64,000 nt of DNA from an uncultured Chloroflexia bacterium (GTDB lineage: Bacteria > Chloroflexota > Limnocylindria > Limnocylindrales > CSP1-4), in assembly GCA_963849405.1 (NCBI GenBank), contig CAWKHG010000001.1, positions 215,513 to 279,512 on the forward strand, read 5' to 3'. The notes under the pieces are model-generated. The model saw only the letters and a list, made by a program, of their open reading frames with translations, was not told the DNA's origin and ran no database searches. Made by a program: the position numbers and the translations under genes. The stretch's first letter is position 1, and each line of letters starts with the position of its first letter. This document shows, piece after piece, positions 10,114 through 19,122 of the stretch.

Positions 10114-10888
10114 ATGACCGACACATCGACGATCGCCCGCGCGCCGTCCCTCAAGGTCCTCGTCGTCGACGACGAGCCCGCGATGGTCGGCGTCATCGGC
10201 GCGATCCTCGGCGGGGCGGGGCACCGGATCGTGGCCGCCTATGCCGGGGCCGAGGCGCTGCGCCGGTTCCGCGAGGAGGATCCCGACGTCGTCCTGCTCG
10301 ACCTGGCCATGCCGGACCTCGACGGGGCGCTCGTGTGCCGCGAGATCCGGGCGACGAGCGACACCCCGATCATCATCGTCTCGGGCGAGACCGACGTCGG
10401 CGTGACGGTCGAGCTGCTCGAGGCCGGCGCCGACGACTTCCTGCGCAAGCCGTTCCGCGGCGACGAGCTGCTCGCCCGGGTCCACGCGGTCGTCCGCCGC
10501 GGCCGCCGGGCTCCGTCGCACCGCGGCTGGGCCGTCGATCGCACCCGCCTGGAGATCCTGTGGCAGGGCGATCCGCTCGACCTCACCCTGACCGAGTTCC
10601 GGCTCGCGGCGCGCCTGGTCGAGCGGATCGGGGAGGTCGTCGAAGGCCGCGAGCTGCTCGCCGTGGCCTGGCCCGGGCGTGACCGATCCGGATCCCCTCT
10701 GGCTCAAGCCCCACATGGCCAGGCTCCGGGCGAAGCTCGCCGCGGCGGGCGCGCCCTCGCCGGTCGCCGTGCGCGGGGTCGGCTATCGGCTGCCGGCCCA
10801 GGACGCGCCGGGCGCCGATGATCGGGGCGACGCGGGCGCCGAGGATGCTGGCGACGCAGACGCCGGGGCCGAAGCCGCCGCGACCTGA
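10114..10888 (+). CDS. OmpR-family response regulator (RR1), one frameshift near 10677
   Basis: Receiver LKVLVVDDEPAMVG...VVLLDLAMPDLDG...PIIIVSGE...GADDFLRKPF. The winged-helix end continues in the frame of ORF 10679..10888 (VTDPDPLWLKPHMARLRAKL...VAVRGVGYRL), matching the paralog at 13216..13929. Confidence 0.85.
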
Positions 10889-10913
10889 CGACGGCGAGGC
10901 GAGCCCCGGAGGG

Positions 10914-12164
10914 TCAGCCGGGGCTCCGCTTGCGCGGCGCCGGTCCGTGGGCCGCCACGAGCTCCAGGACGAACTTGCTGCCCGCCGGCGGGCGGTCCTC
11001 GAGGCGCAGCTCGCCACCCATCGCCCGGGCGAGGTGACGGGCCGCGAACAGGCCCACGCCCGCGCCCGGTGAGGTCTCGTCGCGCCGGACGAACGGCTCG
11101 AACACCCGCTCGCGCCACGGCTCCGGGATGCCCGGTCCGTCGTCCGAGATCGTGATGTAGACCCGCCGGCCATCGCGCCAGCCGCGGATCTCGATCGCGC
11201 CACCCGCCGGGGCGTACTTGGCGCCGTTCTCGAGCAGGTATTCGAACAGCCGCCCCAGCAGGTCCGCCGAGGCGATCGCCTGGAGCGGCCGCTCGGCGAA
11301 CGAGACGTCGGCCCGATGGCGGCGCAGGATCGCCGCCAGCGACGCGACCGTCGCCTCGGTCACGGCGGCCACGTCGGTCGGCCCGACCACGGGCGGGTCC
11401 TCGGCCAGGACGCGCAGCCCGGCCAGGATCGAATTGACCATCCCGTCGAGCCGGTCCACCTGGCGCAGCGCCTCGAGCTCCCACCCCTGGGCCTCGTCGT
11501 CGAGCGGGCTGCGCCCGATGAGCTCGAGGCAACCGCGCACGACGGCCAGGGGTGTGCGCAGCTCGTGGGTCACGATCGTGGCGAGCCTGGCGCGCGCCTC
11601 GTCGATCGCCCGGAGGCTCATCACCTGCGCCTCGGCCTCGCGCTGGAGGCGGCCCTTCTCCACGATCCCGGCCAGCAGGGCGGCGAGCGTCTCGAGGAAG
11701 CGCACGTCGGCGGCGAGGAACTTCCGGGCGCTGACCGTCTGCACGTTGAGCACGCCCACGACCGCGTCGTTCCAGATGAGCGGGACCGAGCACATCGAGG
11801 TCAGGCGGGGCTCGTCGAGGCCCTGGAGCCAGGCGAACCGCTCGTCGGTCTTGACGTCCGCGCTCACGATCGGCCGGCGCGTCCCGGCGACCCGTCCGGT
11901 GATGCCGACGCCGAGCGGCAGGCGGGCCACCCCGACCTGCTCACGGTCGAGGCCGTTGGTGGCCGCCAGGGTCACCCCCGTGCCATCGCGGTCCAGGAGG
12001 TAGAGGGAGCAGACCTCGGCCGAGAGGGCGGCGGTCGTCCGGTCGATGACCGTGCGCATGAGCTCGTCCCAGGTCCGGGCGGAGGTCGCCAGGCGGGCGA
12101 CCTCGCCGAGGAAGGCGAGCTCGCGCAGGTTGCGTTCGGAGGGCTCGCTCGTGGGTCGGGGCAT
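10914..12164 (-). CDS. cytoplasmic GAF-domain sensor histidine kinase (HK1)
   Basis: GAF (SLYLLDRDGTGVTLAATNGL...GVGITGRVAGTRRPIVSADV...SVPLIWNDAVVGVLNVQT), HisKA (IVTHELRTPLAVV) and HATPase (LLENGAKYAPAGG...DDGPGIP...GAGVGLFAARHLA). No TM segments. Start taken at MPRPTSEP. Confidence 0.9.
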   Translation of the reverse strand: MPRPTSEPSERNLRELAFLGEVARLATSARTWDELMRTVIDRTTAALSAEVCSLYLLDRDGTGVTLAATNGLDREQVGVARLPLGVGITGRVAGTRRPIVSADVKTDERFAWLQGLDEPRLTSMCSVPLIWNDAVVGVLNVQTVSARKFLAADVRFLETLAALLAGIVEKGRLQREAEAQVMSLRAIDEARARLATIVTHELRTPLAVVRGCLELIGRSPLDDEAQGWELEALRQVDRLDGMVNSILAGLRVLAEDPPVVGPTDVAAVTEATVASLAAILRRHRADVSFAERPLQAIASADLLGRLFEYLLENGAKYAPAGGAIEIRGWRDGRRVYITISDDGPGIPEPWRERVFEPFVRRDETSPGAGVGLFAARHLARAMGGELRLEDRPPAGSKFVLELVAAHGPAPRKRSPG

Positions 12165-12334
12165 GGCTCGATCGTGCTGTGCGCGCTCGTCCGGGTCAAG
12201 CGGCCGCGTTCGCCCGATCCGCAACCGATACCGGACCGCAACCATCTCGGTCCCCCTGTGGCGCCGACGAGGGGCCCGAGCTCGCGATACGGTCACGCGA
12301 GCGTCGGTCACCCCGTCGCCCGGAGGAGATTGCC

Positions 12335-12571
12335 ATGATCCACCCGTCCGACTCGCTCATGCAGTTCGCCTCCGTCCGCGATGGTCGCCTGGCCCCGGTC
12401 ACCTGCGCCTCGTGCGGCTGCCGGCTGACCCGCCTCTCGGACGAGGAAGCGGGCGCCTGGGTCCACTTCTCGCCGATCGCCGGCCGCGATGCGCGCGGTT
12501 GCCTCGTGGAGTGCGCCGACCTGCCCCACGACGCGCTCGGGACGCCGTTCCCCCTCGCCGCGATCGCCTGA
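12335..12571 (+). CDS. small Cys-containing hypothetical protein (78 aa)
   Basis: GGAGGAG RBS 6 nt before the ATG. Sequence: MIHPSDSLMQFASVRDGRLAPVTCASCGCRLTRLSDEEAGAWVHFSPIAGRDARGCLVECADL..., with CxxCGC and CxxxC motifs. High GC3. Confidence 0.6.
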   Translation: MIHPSDSLMQFASVRDGRLAPVTCASCGCRLTRLSDEEAGAWVHFSPIAGRDARGCLVECADLPHDALGTPFPLAAIA

Positions 12572-12584
12572 CCGCCCGGGCGGA

Positions 12585-13139
12585 TCAGGCCGGGGCGCCG
12601 CCCGTGACCTTGCGGACCGTGTCGCCGACGCGGACCGTGCCCGGCTCCACGATCGTGGCGTTGAGGCCGCGCATCCGATGGAACCGGCCCGTGGGTGAGT
12701 TCACCCAACGCTGGGCGTCGCTGCCGAACCGGGCGCTGAACTTCGCGCAGCCGGTATGGGGCGTCTCGCTGATCTCGATGACGGCCGTCCCGATCGCCAG
12801 GCGACTGCCCGGCGGGAGGTTCTCCTCGCTCAGGTCGAGGTCGACGAAGAGCTGATCGCCGGCCTGCGGCCAGCGCTCGCGGTCGGGCTCGATGGCCGCC
12901 AGGACCCGCGTGCTGATGACCGTGAGCTGCGACAGCATGTAGACCGGCGTCCGGTCGTCGCGCCTCGCCCAGCGGTCCCCCACGAGCCCGACCTCCAGGT
13001 CCAGATGACCCTCGTCGAGGAGCTCGCGCTCGTTCTCGGCGGGCCGGCGGACGATGATCTCGAGGCGGCCGAGGTCGTGCGGCGCCTCGAGGATGCCGGC
13101 GAGTCGTGCGTCGTAGGTCTGTTCGGCCAGGTCCTGCAT
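12585..13139 (-). CDS. MOSC-domain protein
   Basis: Contains MQDLAEQTYDARLAGILEAPHDLGRLEIIVRRP...GDQLFVDLDLSEENLPPGSRLAIGTAVIEISETPHTGCAKFSARFG...RGLNATIVEPGTVRVGDTV, the typical MOSC C-terminal Cys motif. Confidence 0.85.
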   Translation of the reverse strand: MQDLAEQTYDARLAGILEAPHDLGRLEIIVRRPAENERELLDEGHLDLEVGLVGDRWARRDDRTPVYMLSQLTVISTRVLAAIEPDRERWPQAGDQLFVDLDLSEENLPPGSRLAIGTAVIEISETPHTGCAKFSARFGSDAQRWVNSPTGRFHRMRGLNATIVEPGTVRVGDTVRKVTGGAPA

Positions 13140-13215
13140 GGCCCCAGTTTCGCAGATGGCGCGCCGCCGTGAAGGTCCGGCGTTGTCCGCAGGCCCCACC
13201 GACACCCACGCGGGA

Positions 13216-13929
13216 TCAGCGCCCGGCGCGGTCCTGCTCGAGGCGATAGCCGACGCCGCGCACCGCCACGATCGACGGGCCGCCCAGCGCATCGAGCTTG
13301 GAGCGCAACCTGGCCAGGTGCGGCTTGAGCCAGAGGAGGTCCGGGTCGGCGTCGGCCGGCCAGCCGGCCCGGGCCAGCCGCAGATGGGGGACGACCGCGC
13401 CGTCGGCGCGCAGGAGCGTCTCGAGGAGCCGGAACTCGGTCGGGGTCAGGTCCAGGACCGCGCCGCCGACCCGCGCCTCGTGGCGGCTGGGGTCGACCGA
13501 CAGCTCGCCGATCGTCAGGCGGCCGCCGTCCGGCTCGAGGCCCCGCCCGGTCCCTTCCGCGCGCCGCATCACGGCCGCGATCCGGGCCAGCAGCTCGGCC
13601 TTGCCGAACGGCTTCGTCAGGTAGTCGTCGGCGCCGATGCCGAGCGCCCGCACCTTCGCCGGCTCGCCGCTCTCGCCGCTGACCACGATGATCGGCGACG
13701 TGCCCGCGGCCCGGATCTGGCCGGCGACCGTGAAGCCGTCCGGGCCGGGCATGGCCAGGTCCAGGAGGACGAGGTCGGGCCCTTCCTCGCGGAAGCGCCG
13801 CACGGCCGTGAGGCCGTCGTAGGCGGTGATGACCTGGTGACCCTCGGTGCTGACGAGCGCGGTGATGGCGCCGACCATCGCCGGGTCGTCGTCGACGACG
13901 AGGATGCGCAGGGCGCGGGTGGGGTTCAC
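13216..13929 (-). CDS. OmpR-family response regulator (RR2), paralog of RR1
   Basis: GTG start 7 nt after the HK2 stop. Contains LRILVVDDDPAMVGAITALV...LVLLDLAMPGPDG...PIIVVSGE...GADDYLTKPF...LTPTEFRLLETLL...LWLKPHLARLRSKL...VAVRGVGYRL. Confidence 0.9.
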   Translation of the reverse strand: MNPTRALRILVVDDDPAMVGAITALVSTEGHQVITAYDGLTAVRRFREEGPDLVLLDLAMPGPDGFTVAGQIRAAGTSPIIVVSGESGEPAKVRALGIGADDYLTKPFGKAELLARIAAVMRRAEGTGRGLEPDGGRLTIGELSVDPSRHEARVGGAVLDLTPTEFRLLETLLRADGAVVPHLRLARAGWPADADPDLLWLKPHLARLRSKLDALGGPSIVAVRGVGYRLEQDRAGR

Positions 13930-13936
13930 GATCGCC

Positions 13937-15214
13937 TCAGACCGCCGCCGCGGCCGGCAGGGCGACCACGAAGCGGGCTCCGGCGGGCTCGGCCGGCTCG
14001 CACCACAGGCGGCCGCCCATCGATTCGACGATCCGCCGGGCCGCGTACAGCCCGATGCCCGAGCCACGGGCCGTGTGCGTGTCGCGCCGGGCGTACGGCT
14101 CGAAGATCCGGTCGCGCCACTCGAGCGGGATGCCCGGCCCCTCGTCGGAGACGCGCAGCTGGGCCACCCCCTCGGAGAGCGTGCAGTCGATCGTGATCGT
14201 GCTGTCCGGCGGCGCGTACTTCACCGCGTTCTCGACCAGGTGCTCGATGATCTGGCGCAGGCGGGGCGGATCGGCCAGGACGTAGCGCCGGACGTCGGAC
14301 TGGAGGTCGACGTGGTGACGGCGGAGCAGGGGCCGGACCGAGTCGAGGGTCTCCCGGACGACGTCGAACACGTCGACCGGCACCACCTCGAGCTGGGCCG
14401 GGTCGGTCGGCCGGACCGAGGCGAGGATCGAGTCGACGAGCCGGTCGAGCCGCTCCACCTGGTCGAGCGCGCCGCGATGCCAGTCCTCGCGCACGGTCCG
14501 CCGGGTCGGGTCGCGCGACTCGCGGTCGATGAGCGGCGGGTCCTCGGCGAGGAGGTCGGCGTACGCCCGGACGACCGCTAACGGCGTCCGCAGCTCGTGG
14601 GTCACCAGCGCGATGAGCTCCACCCGGGCCTGGTCGAGCGCCTTGAGCTCGTCGACCTGGCGGGCCGACTCCTGCTGGAGCCGGACCTTCTCGACGATCC
14701 CTGCGAGCAGCTCCGCGATGTCGGAGAGGTAGCGGACGTCGTCCTCGACGAAATCGTGCGGCTGCTCCGTCTGCACGTTGAGGACGCCGATGACCTGCTC
14801 GCCCAGGGTGAGCGGCACGGACAGCATGGACGCGATGAATCGGCGCTGGTCGATCCCGCGGACCCACAGGAAGCGCGGGTCGGCCGGCACGTCCGGGATG
14901 ACCATCGGCGTCCGGGATGCCGCGACCCGGCCGGTCACGCCCTCGCCCATCGGGATGTGCGCGCGGCCGATCTGGTAGCGGTCGAGCCCGTTCGTGGCCG
15001 CCAGGGTCAGGCCCTGCTCGTCACGGTCCAGCAGGTAGAGCGACGAGACGCTCGCCCGCAGCGCGTCACGGGTGCCGTCCACCACCGCGTCGAGGAGCTC
15101 GTCCCACGTCCGGGCGGTCGTCGCCAGGCGCGCGACATGGTGGAGGAAGCGGAGCCGTTCGAGCTGCTCCGCTGCCGCCGCCGGATCGAGGTCGCGGGCC
15201 GTCACCGTGGTCAC
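13937..15214 (-). CDS. cytoplasmic GAF-domain sensor histidine kinase (HK2), paralog of HK1
   Basis: Same architecture as HK1 and colinear with it: ARLATTARTWDELLDAVVDGT...SLYLLDRDEQGLTLAATNGL...VTGRVAASRTPMVIPDV...VIGVLNVQT...LVTHELRTPLAVV...ENAVKYAPP...DEGPGIP...GSGIGLYAARRIV. Confidence 0.9.
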   Translation of the reverse strand: MTTVTARDLDPAAAAEQLERLRFLHHVARLATTARTWDELLDAVVDGTRDALRASVSSLYLLDRDEQGLTLAATNGLDRYQIGRAHIPMGEGVTGRVAASRTPMVIPDVPADPRFLWVRGIDQRRFIASMLSVPLTLGEQVIGVLNVQTEQPHDFVEDDVRYLSDIAELLAGIVEKVRLQQESARQVDELKALDQARVELIALVTHELRTPLAVVRAYADLLAEDPPLIDRESRDPTRRTVREDWHRGALDQVERLDRLVDSILASVRPTDPAQLEVVPVDVFDVVRETLDSVRPLLRRHHVDLQSDVRRYVLADPPRLRQIIEHLVENAVKYAPPDSTITIDCTLSEGVAQLRVSDEGPGIPLEWRDRIFEPYARRDTHTARGSGIGLYAARRIVESMGGRLWCEPAEPAGARFVVALPAAAAV

Positions 15215-15326
15215 GATACAAGGGTACGGAGGCGAAACCCCGACCGAGGTTGCGGGTCGGTCGCGGCCCGGGCCCGAAACGGTGACGGACGAAGCGCTCC
15301 CGACGCGGCTCGAACGTCGCGGCGGC

Positions 15327-17360
15327 TCAGGCGTCGCGCCGGTAGGGCACCTCCGCCACGAGCAGGTTCCGCCTGCCCAGCAGGTCCGCCCGGATCCGCC
15401 GGGTGTTCTGGTTGTACAGGATGCGCTCCCACCAGTGGCGGGGGACGTATTCGGGTAGCAGGACGACGACGACCTCGTCGGGCGCCTGGTCCGCCGTGAA
15501 CTCGAGGAACCGGACCAGCGGGCGCGTGAGTGCTCGATAGGGCGACTCGACGATCGTCAACGGGATGCCCGGCAGCTGGCGGGCGAACCGCGCGCGCAGC
15601 TCCTCCGCCTCGTCGACATCGTCCGTGACGTGCACGGCGAGCACCTGGTCGGACATCGTGAGCCCGAACTTGATCGCCTGGATGACATCGCGGGTGATCT
15701 CGGATACCGGGACGACCACCCTCGTCTGGCGGTGTGGTGCCCCGAAGGTCAGCTCGGGGCGCACCTGCGTCGCCACCCGGCGGCGCTCGTACTGCCGATG
15801 GACGAATGCCATCGCGCCGACGAGGATCGGCACGATGAGGATGATCAGCCAGGCGCCGAGGGCGAACTTGGCGATCGCGAAGACGAGGGTCACGAGCGCG
15901 GTCGCGACGGCGCCGAACCCGTTGATGACGGCACTCCGCCGCCAGCCGGCACTCCGCTCCCGAAGCCAATGGCGGACCATCCCCGCCTGGGACAGGGTGA
16001 TCGACGTGAACACGCCGATCGCGTAGAGCGGGATGAGCGCCTCCACCCGCCCGCCGAAGGCGACGAGGATGACGATCGCGAGGCCGGCGAGCACGACGAT
16101 GCCGGTGCTGAAGGCGAGGCGCTCGCCACGGAACGCGAACCGGCTCGGCATGAACCCGTCCCGGGCCAGGATGGACGAGAGGCGCGGGAAGTCCGCGAAG
16201 CTCGTGTTCGCGGCGAGGATGAGGATGCCCGTCGTCGAGAACTGGAGGATGTAGTAGAGCGGCCCGGGGCCGAAGGTCGCCCGCCCGATCTGCGAGATCA
16301 CCGACTCCCCGGTGGCGGCCGGCGCGGCTCCCGTCACTCCGGCCAGCCAGGAGATGCCCAGGAACATCGTCGCGACGAGCGCGCCCATGATCGTCATCGT
16401 GGTCCGGGCATTGACGGATTCGGGGGCCTTGAACGCGGGGACGCCGTTCGAGACGGCCTCGACCCCGGTGATCGCGCTGCAGCCGTCGGCGAACGCGCGC
16501 ATCAGCAGGAGCACGCTCAGGGACTCCAGGGGGACCTGGGCGAGCGGCACATCGGTCACCTGCGGGGCCGCACCGAGGATCGTCCGGACCACGCCCACCC
16601 CGATCAGGGTCAGTGTCGCGGCCACGAAGATGTACGTGGGGATCGCGAAGACCGTCCCGCTCTCCCGGACGCCGCGAAGGTTGATCAGGGCCACGAGGAC
16701 GATCGCGATCGCGCCGAGACCCACTCGCAGGTCCACGAGCTCGGGAAACGCCGAGACGAGGGCGACGATGCCGGCCGCGACACTGACCGAGACCGTGAGG
16801 ACGTAGTCCGTGAGCAGCGCGGCGGCCGAGACGAGTCCCGCGGCCGTGCCCAGGTTGGCCTTGGCGACGATGTAGCTGCCGCCGCCGTTCGGGTAGGCCC
16901 GGATGGTCTGCCGGTACGAGATGACGATGATCCACAGGACGAGGCAGATGAGGGCGGAGATGGGCACGGTCAGGCCGAACGCCGCCGTCCCGGCGCCAAG
17001 GAGGGTGAACATCGCCGCCTCCGTGGCGTAGGCGACCGACGAGAGCATGTCGCTCGAGAAGACGGCCAGGGCCTTGACCCTCGAGAGCCGCTCGCCGTGC
17101 TCCTCGTCGGTCGCCAGGGGACGCCCGAAGAGCCACCGCCGGGCGACCGCGGCGAACCGTTCCGGGGCGCGGGTCGGCACGCTCGCGGCCGCCTTCGCGG
17201 TCAGCACGCCCGGCGCCCCGTAGCGGAAGTACGGCGAGTGCTCGCGCCGGACCCGGACTCGGCGGTCACCCGGCCTGCGTCCGCGGAGTGGCGCCTTGGC
17301 GCCGGTCGGACGTGCGCCTTCCCCACTCGGCGCGCGCCTCTGGGTCTTTGGTTCATCCAC
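15327..17360 (-). CDS. APC-superfamily permease with a cytoplasmic C-terminal extension of about 170 aa
   Basis: 677 aa, GTG start. Contains LSRVKALAVFSSDMLSSVAYATEA...YPNGGGSYIVAKANLG...LLTDYVLTVSVSV and about 12 TMs, followed by a soluble tail (TRVVVPVSEITRDVIQAIKF...VLAVHVTDD...VVVLLPEYVPRHWWERILYNQ). Confidence 0.85.
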   Translation of the reverse strand: MDEPKTQRRAPSGEGARPTGAKAPLRGRRPGDRRVRVRREHSPYFRYGAPGVLTAKAAASVPTRAPERFAAVARRWLFGRPLATDEEHGERLSRVKALAVFSSDMLSSVAYATEAAMFTLLGAGTAAFGLTVPISALICLVLWIIVISYRQTIRAYPNGGGSYIVAKANLGTAAGLVSAAALLTDYVLTVSVSVAAGIVALVSAFPELVDLRVGLGAIAIVLVALINLRGVRESGTVFAIPTYIFVAATLTLIGVGVVRTILGAAPQVTDVPLAQVPLESLSVLLLMRAFADGCSAITGVEAVSNGVPAFKAPESVNARTTMTIMGALVATMFLGISWLAGVTGAAPAATGESVISQIGRATFGPGPLYYILQFSTTGILILAANTSFADFPRLSSILARDGFMPSRFAFRGERLAFSTGIVVLAGLAIVILVAFGGRVEALIPLYAIGVFTSITLSQAGMVRHWLRERSAGWRRSAVINGFGAVATALVTLVFAIAKFALGAWLIILIVPILVGAMAFVHRQYERRRVATQVRPELTFGAPHRQTRVVVPVSEITRDVIQAIKFGLTMSDQVLAVHVTDDVDEAEELRARFARQLPGIPLTIVESPYRALTRPLVRFLEFTADQAPDEVVVVLLPEYVPRHWWERILYNQNTRRIRADLLGRRNLLVAEVPYRRDA

Positions 17361-17514
17361 GATCCAAGTATCCGGTCGAGAATGGCCGTTCCGGCCGCCG
17401 GGCAGCCGCGAACGCTCAAGGCGGCCTCAACGATTCCGCGCGAGGACCCGTTTCGCGGTCCGCGGACGGTTCCCGACGCGGTCCGGCGCCCGGGGCACGA
17501 CTACCATCGGTGCC

Positions 17515-19122
17515 ATGGAGGGCATCTGGGGACGGCGGGGCTGGTCCGCCGCGCGGCTCGTCGGCCTGTCGATCCTCGCGCTCGCCGGATCGAGCCTGGT
17601 CGTACTCCTGCTGGAGCGCGTCGTCGAGGTGCCCAGCGCGGCGAGCGTCTACCTCCTCGCCGTGATCATCGCGGGCGCCTTCGGAGGAACGCTGGCGGCC
17701 GTGGGGACCGCCGTCGCGTCCGCCTTCCTGTACGACTTCTTCTTCGTCGAGCCGATCTACACGCTTCGTATCGCGGATGCCAGCGAGCTGCTCAACCTCC
17801 TGCTGTTCCTGGCGGTCGGCATCGCCGTCGGCCGGCTCTCGGGACTCCAGGCCGAACGCGCGACCGAGGCGGCGGAGCGGGCACGGGACGCCCAGGCCCT
17901 GTTCGCGGTGAGCCGCTCGATCGCCACGAGCGACGACCTGTCGACCGCGGCCGGGACGGTCCTGCGCCAGCTCGCCGCGACTGGCGGGATGGACCGGTTG
18001 TGGCTGGGTCTCGGTCCCTCCGTGGCCACCGAACAGACCGTGGCCGACACCGCGCCCGGGACGCCACTCCCGGCTCCGACCTGGCACGTCGTCCTCCAGC
18101 GATCGCTGGGCGAGGAACCGGCGCGCTGGACGCGGACGCACGTCGGCCGGCCGGTCGGTCGCGGGACGGTCGCCGGAGCGACCGCGCATCGGATCCGGGT
18201 GGAGGTGCCGGGCGAAGTCCTGGGTTCGCTCTGGGCGCTCCGGCCAGCTGGCTCAGCCGATCCCGACGCGGCACAGACCAGGATCCTGTCGGCCGCGGCG
18301 GATCAGCTCGGCCAGGCCGTCCGGCGCGAGCGGCTCGTCGCGGATGGCGTGCAGGCGGAGGTCGCCCTCCGGAGCGAGGGCCTCATGAGCGCGCTGCTGG
18401 ACTCCGTGTCGCACGACCTGCGAACACCCCTGGCCACGATCCGGGCTGCCGCCGGCAGTCTGCTCGACGAGAGCGTGACCTGGACCGGCGACGAGCGCAC
18501 GGCGGCGCTCCGCTCGATCGACCTCGAAGCCGAGAGGATGAACCGGCTCGTGCGCAACCTGCTGGACCTCAGCCGGATCGAGGGGGGTGCCCTGCACCCG
18601 GAGCTCGAGCCGCACGACCTGGACGATCTCCTCAACGGCGTCGCGCACCGCGTCCGGACCGACAAGACCCTGGACCTCGAGATCCCGACCGACCTCCCGC
18701 CGCTCGTGGTCGACGCGCTCTTCCTCGACGAGATCCTGACCAACCTCATCGAGAACGCGATGGCGTATGCCCGCTCGGCGATCCGCGTCAGAGCGCGGCA
18801 GCTTCCAGATGAGCCGGGGCCGGCGGTGGAGGTCACGGTCGAGGACGACGGCCCGGGTGTGCCCGAGATGGACATGGACCGCCTCTTCGACAAGTTCTAC
18901 CGCGTCCATCGGCCACTGGAGGGATCGCGGCCTGGGATGGGCATCGGGCTCACCGTTGCGCGGGGGCTCAGTCGGGCGATGCGGGGCGACATCGTGGCGG
19001 AGCGGAGCGACCTTGGCGGACTGGCCCTCCGGGTCCGCCTGCCGGCCGTCCTGCTGCCAGGCGATCCGGACGACGACTCAGTGCCCGCGAACCCGACCGG
19101 GCCGGCGGAGATCGGCCGATGA
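17515..19122 (+). CDS. KdpD-like sensor histidine kinase lacking the N-terminal KdpD/Usp domains (DUF4118-type TM block, GAF-like, HisKA, HATPase)
   Basis: Start taken at MEGIWGRR. Contains VYLLAVIIAGAFGGTLAAVGTAVASAFLYDFFFVEPIYTLRIADASELLNLLLFLAVGIAVGRL, then SVSHDLRTPLATIRAAAGSL, then NLIENAMAYA...DDGPGVP...GMGIGLTVARGL. Confidence 0.85.
   Translation: MEGIWGRRGWSAARLVGLSILALAGSSLVVLLLERVVEVPSAASVYLLAVIIAGAFGGTLAAVGTAVASAFLYDFFFVEPIYTLRIADASELLNLLLFLAVGIAVGRLSGLQAERATEAAERARDAQALFAVSRSIATSDDLSTAAGTVLRQLAATGGMDRLWLGLGPSVATEQTVADTAPGTPLPAPTWHVVLQRSLGEEPARWTRTHVGRPVGRGTVAGATAHRIRVEVPGEVLGSLWALRPAGSADPDAAQTRILSAAADQLGQAVRRERLVADGVQAEVALRSEGLMSALLDSVSHDLRTPLATIRAAAGSLLDESVTWTGDERTAALRSIDLEAERMNRLVRNLLDLSRIEGGALHPELEPHDLDDLLNGVAHRVRTDKTLDLEIPTDLPPLVVDALFLDEILTNLIENAMAYARSAIRVRARQLPDEPGPAVEVTVEDDGPGVPEMDMDRLFDKFYRVHRPLEGSRPGMGIGLTVARGLSRAMRGDIVAERSDLGGLALRVRLPAVLLPGDPDDDSVPANPTGPAEIGR

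Noticed and set aside
10114-15214. Duplicated kinase/regulator genes as inverted repeats of a mobile element
   Set aside because: Similarity is at the protein level only (diverged paralogs). There are no terminal repeats, transposase or integrase.
15630-18812. 1060-aa plus-strand ORF, the longest in this region
   Set aside because: Arg/Gly/Asp/Pro-rich low-complexity translation. It runs antisense to the APC permease and out of frame through the KdpD-like gene. This is a typical high-GC shadow ORF.
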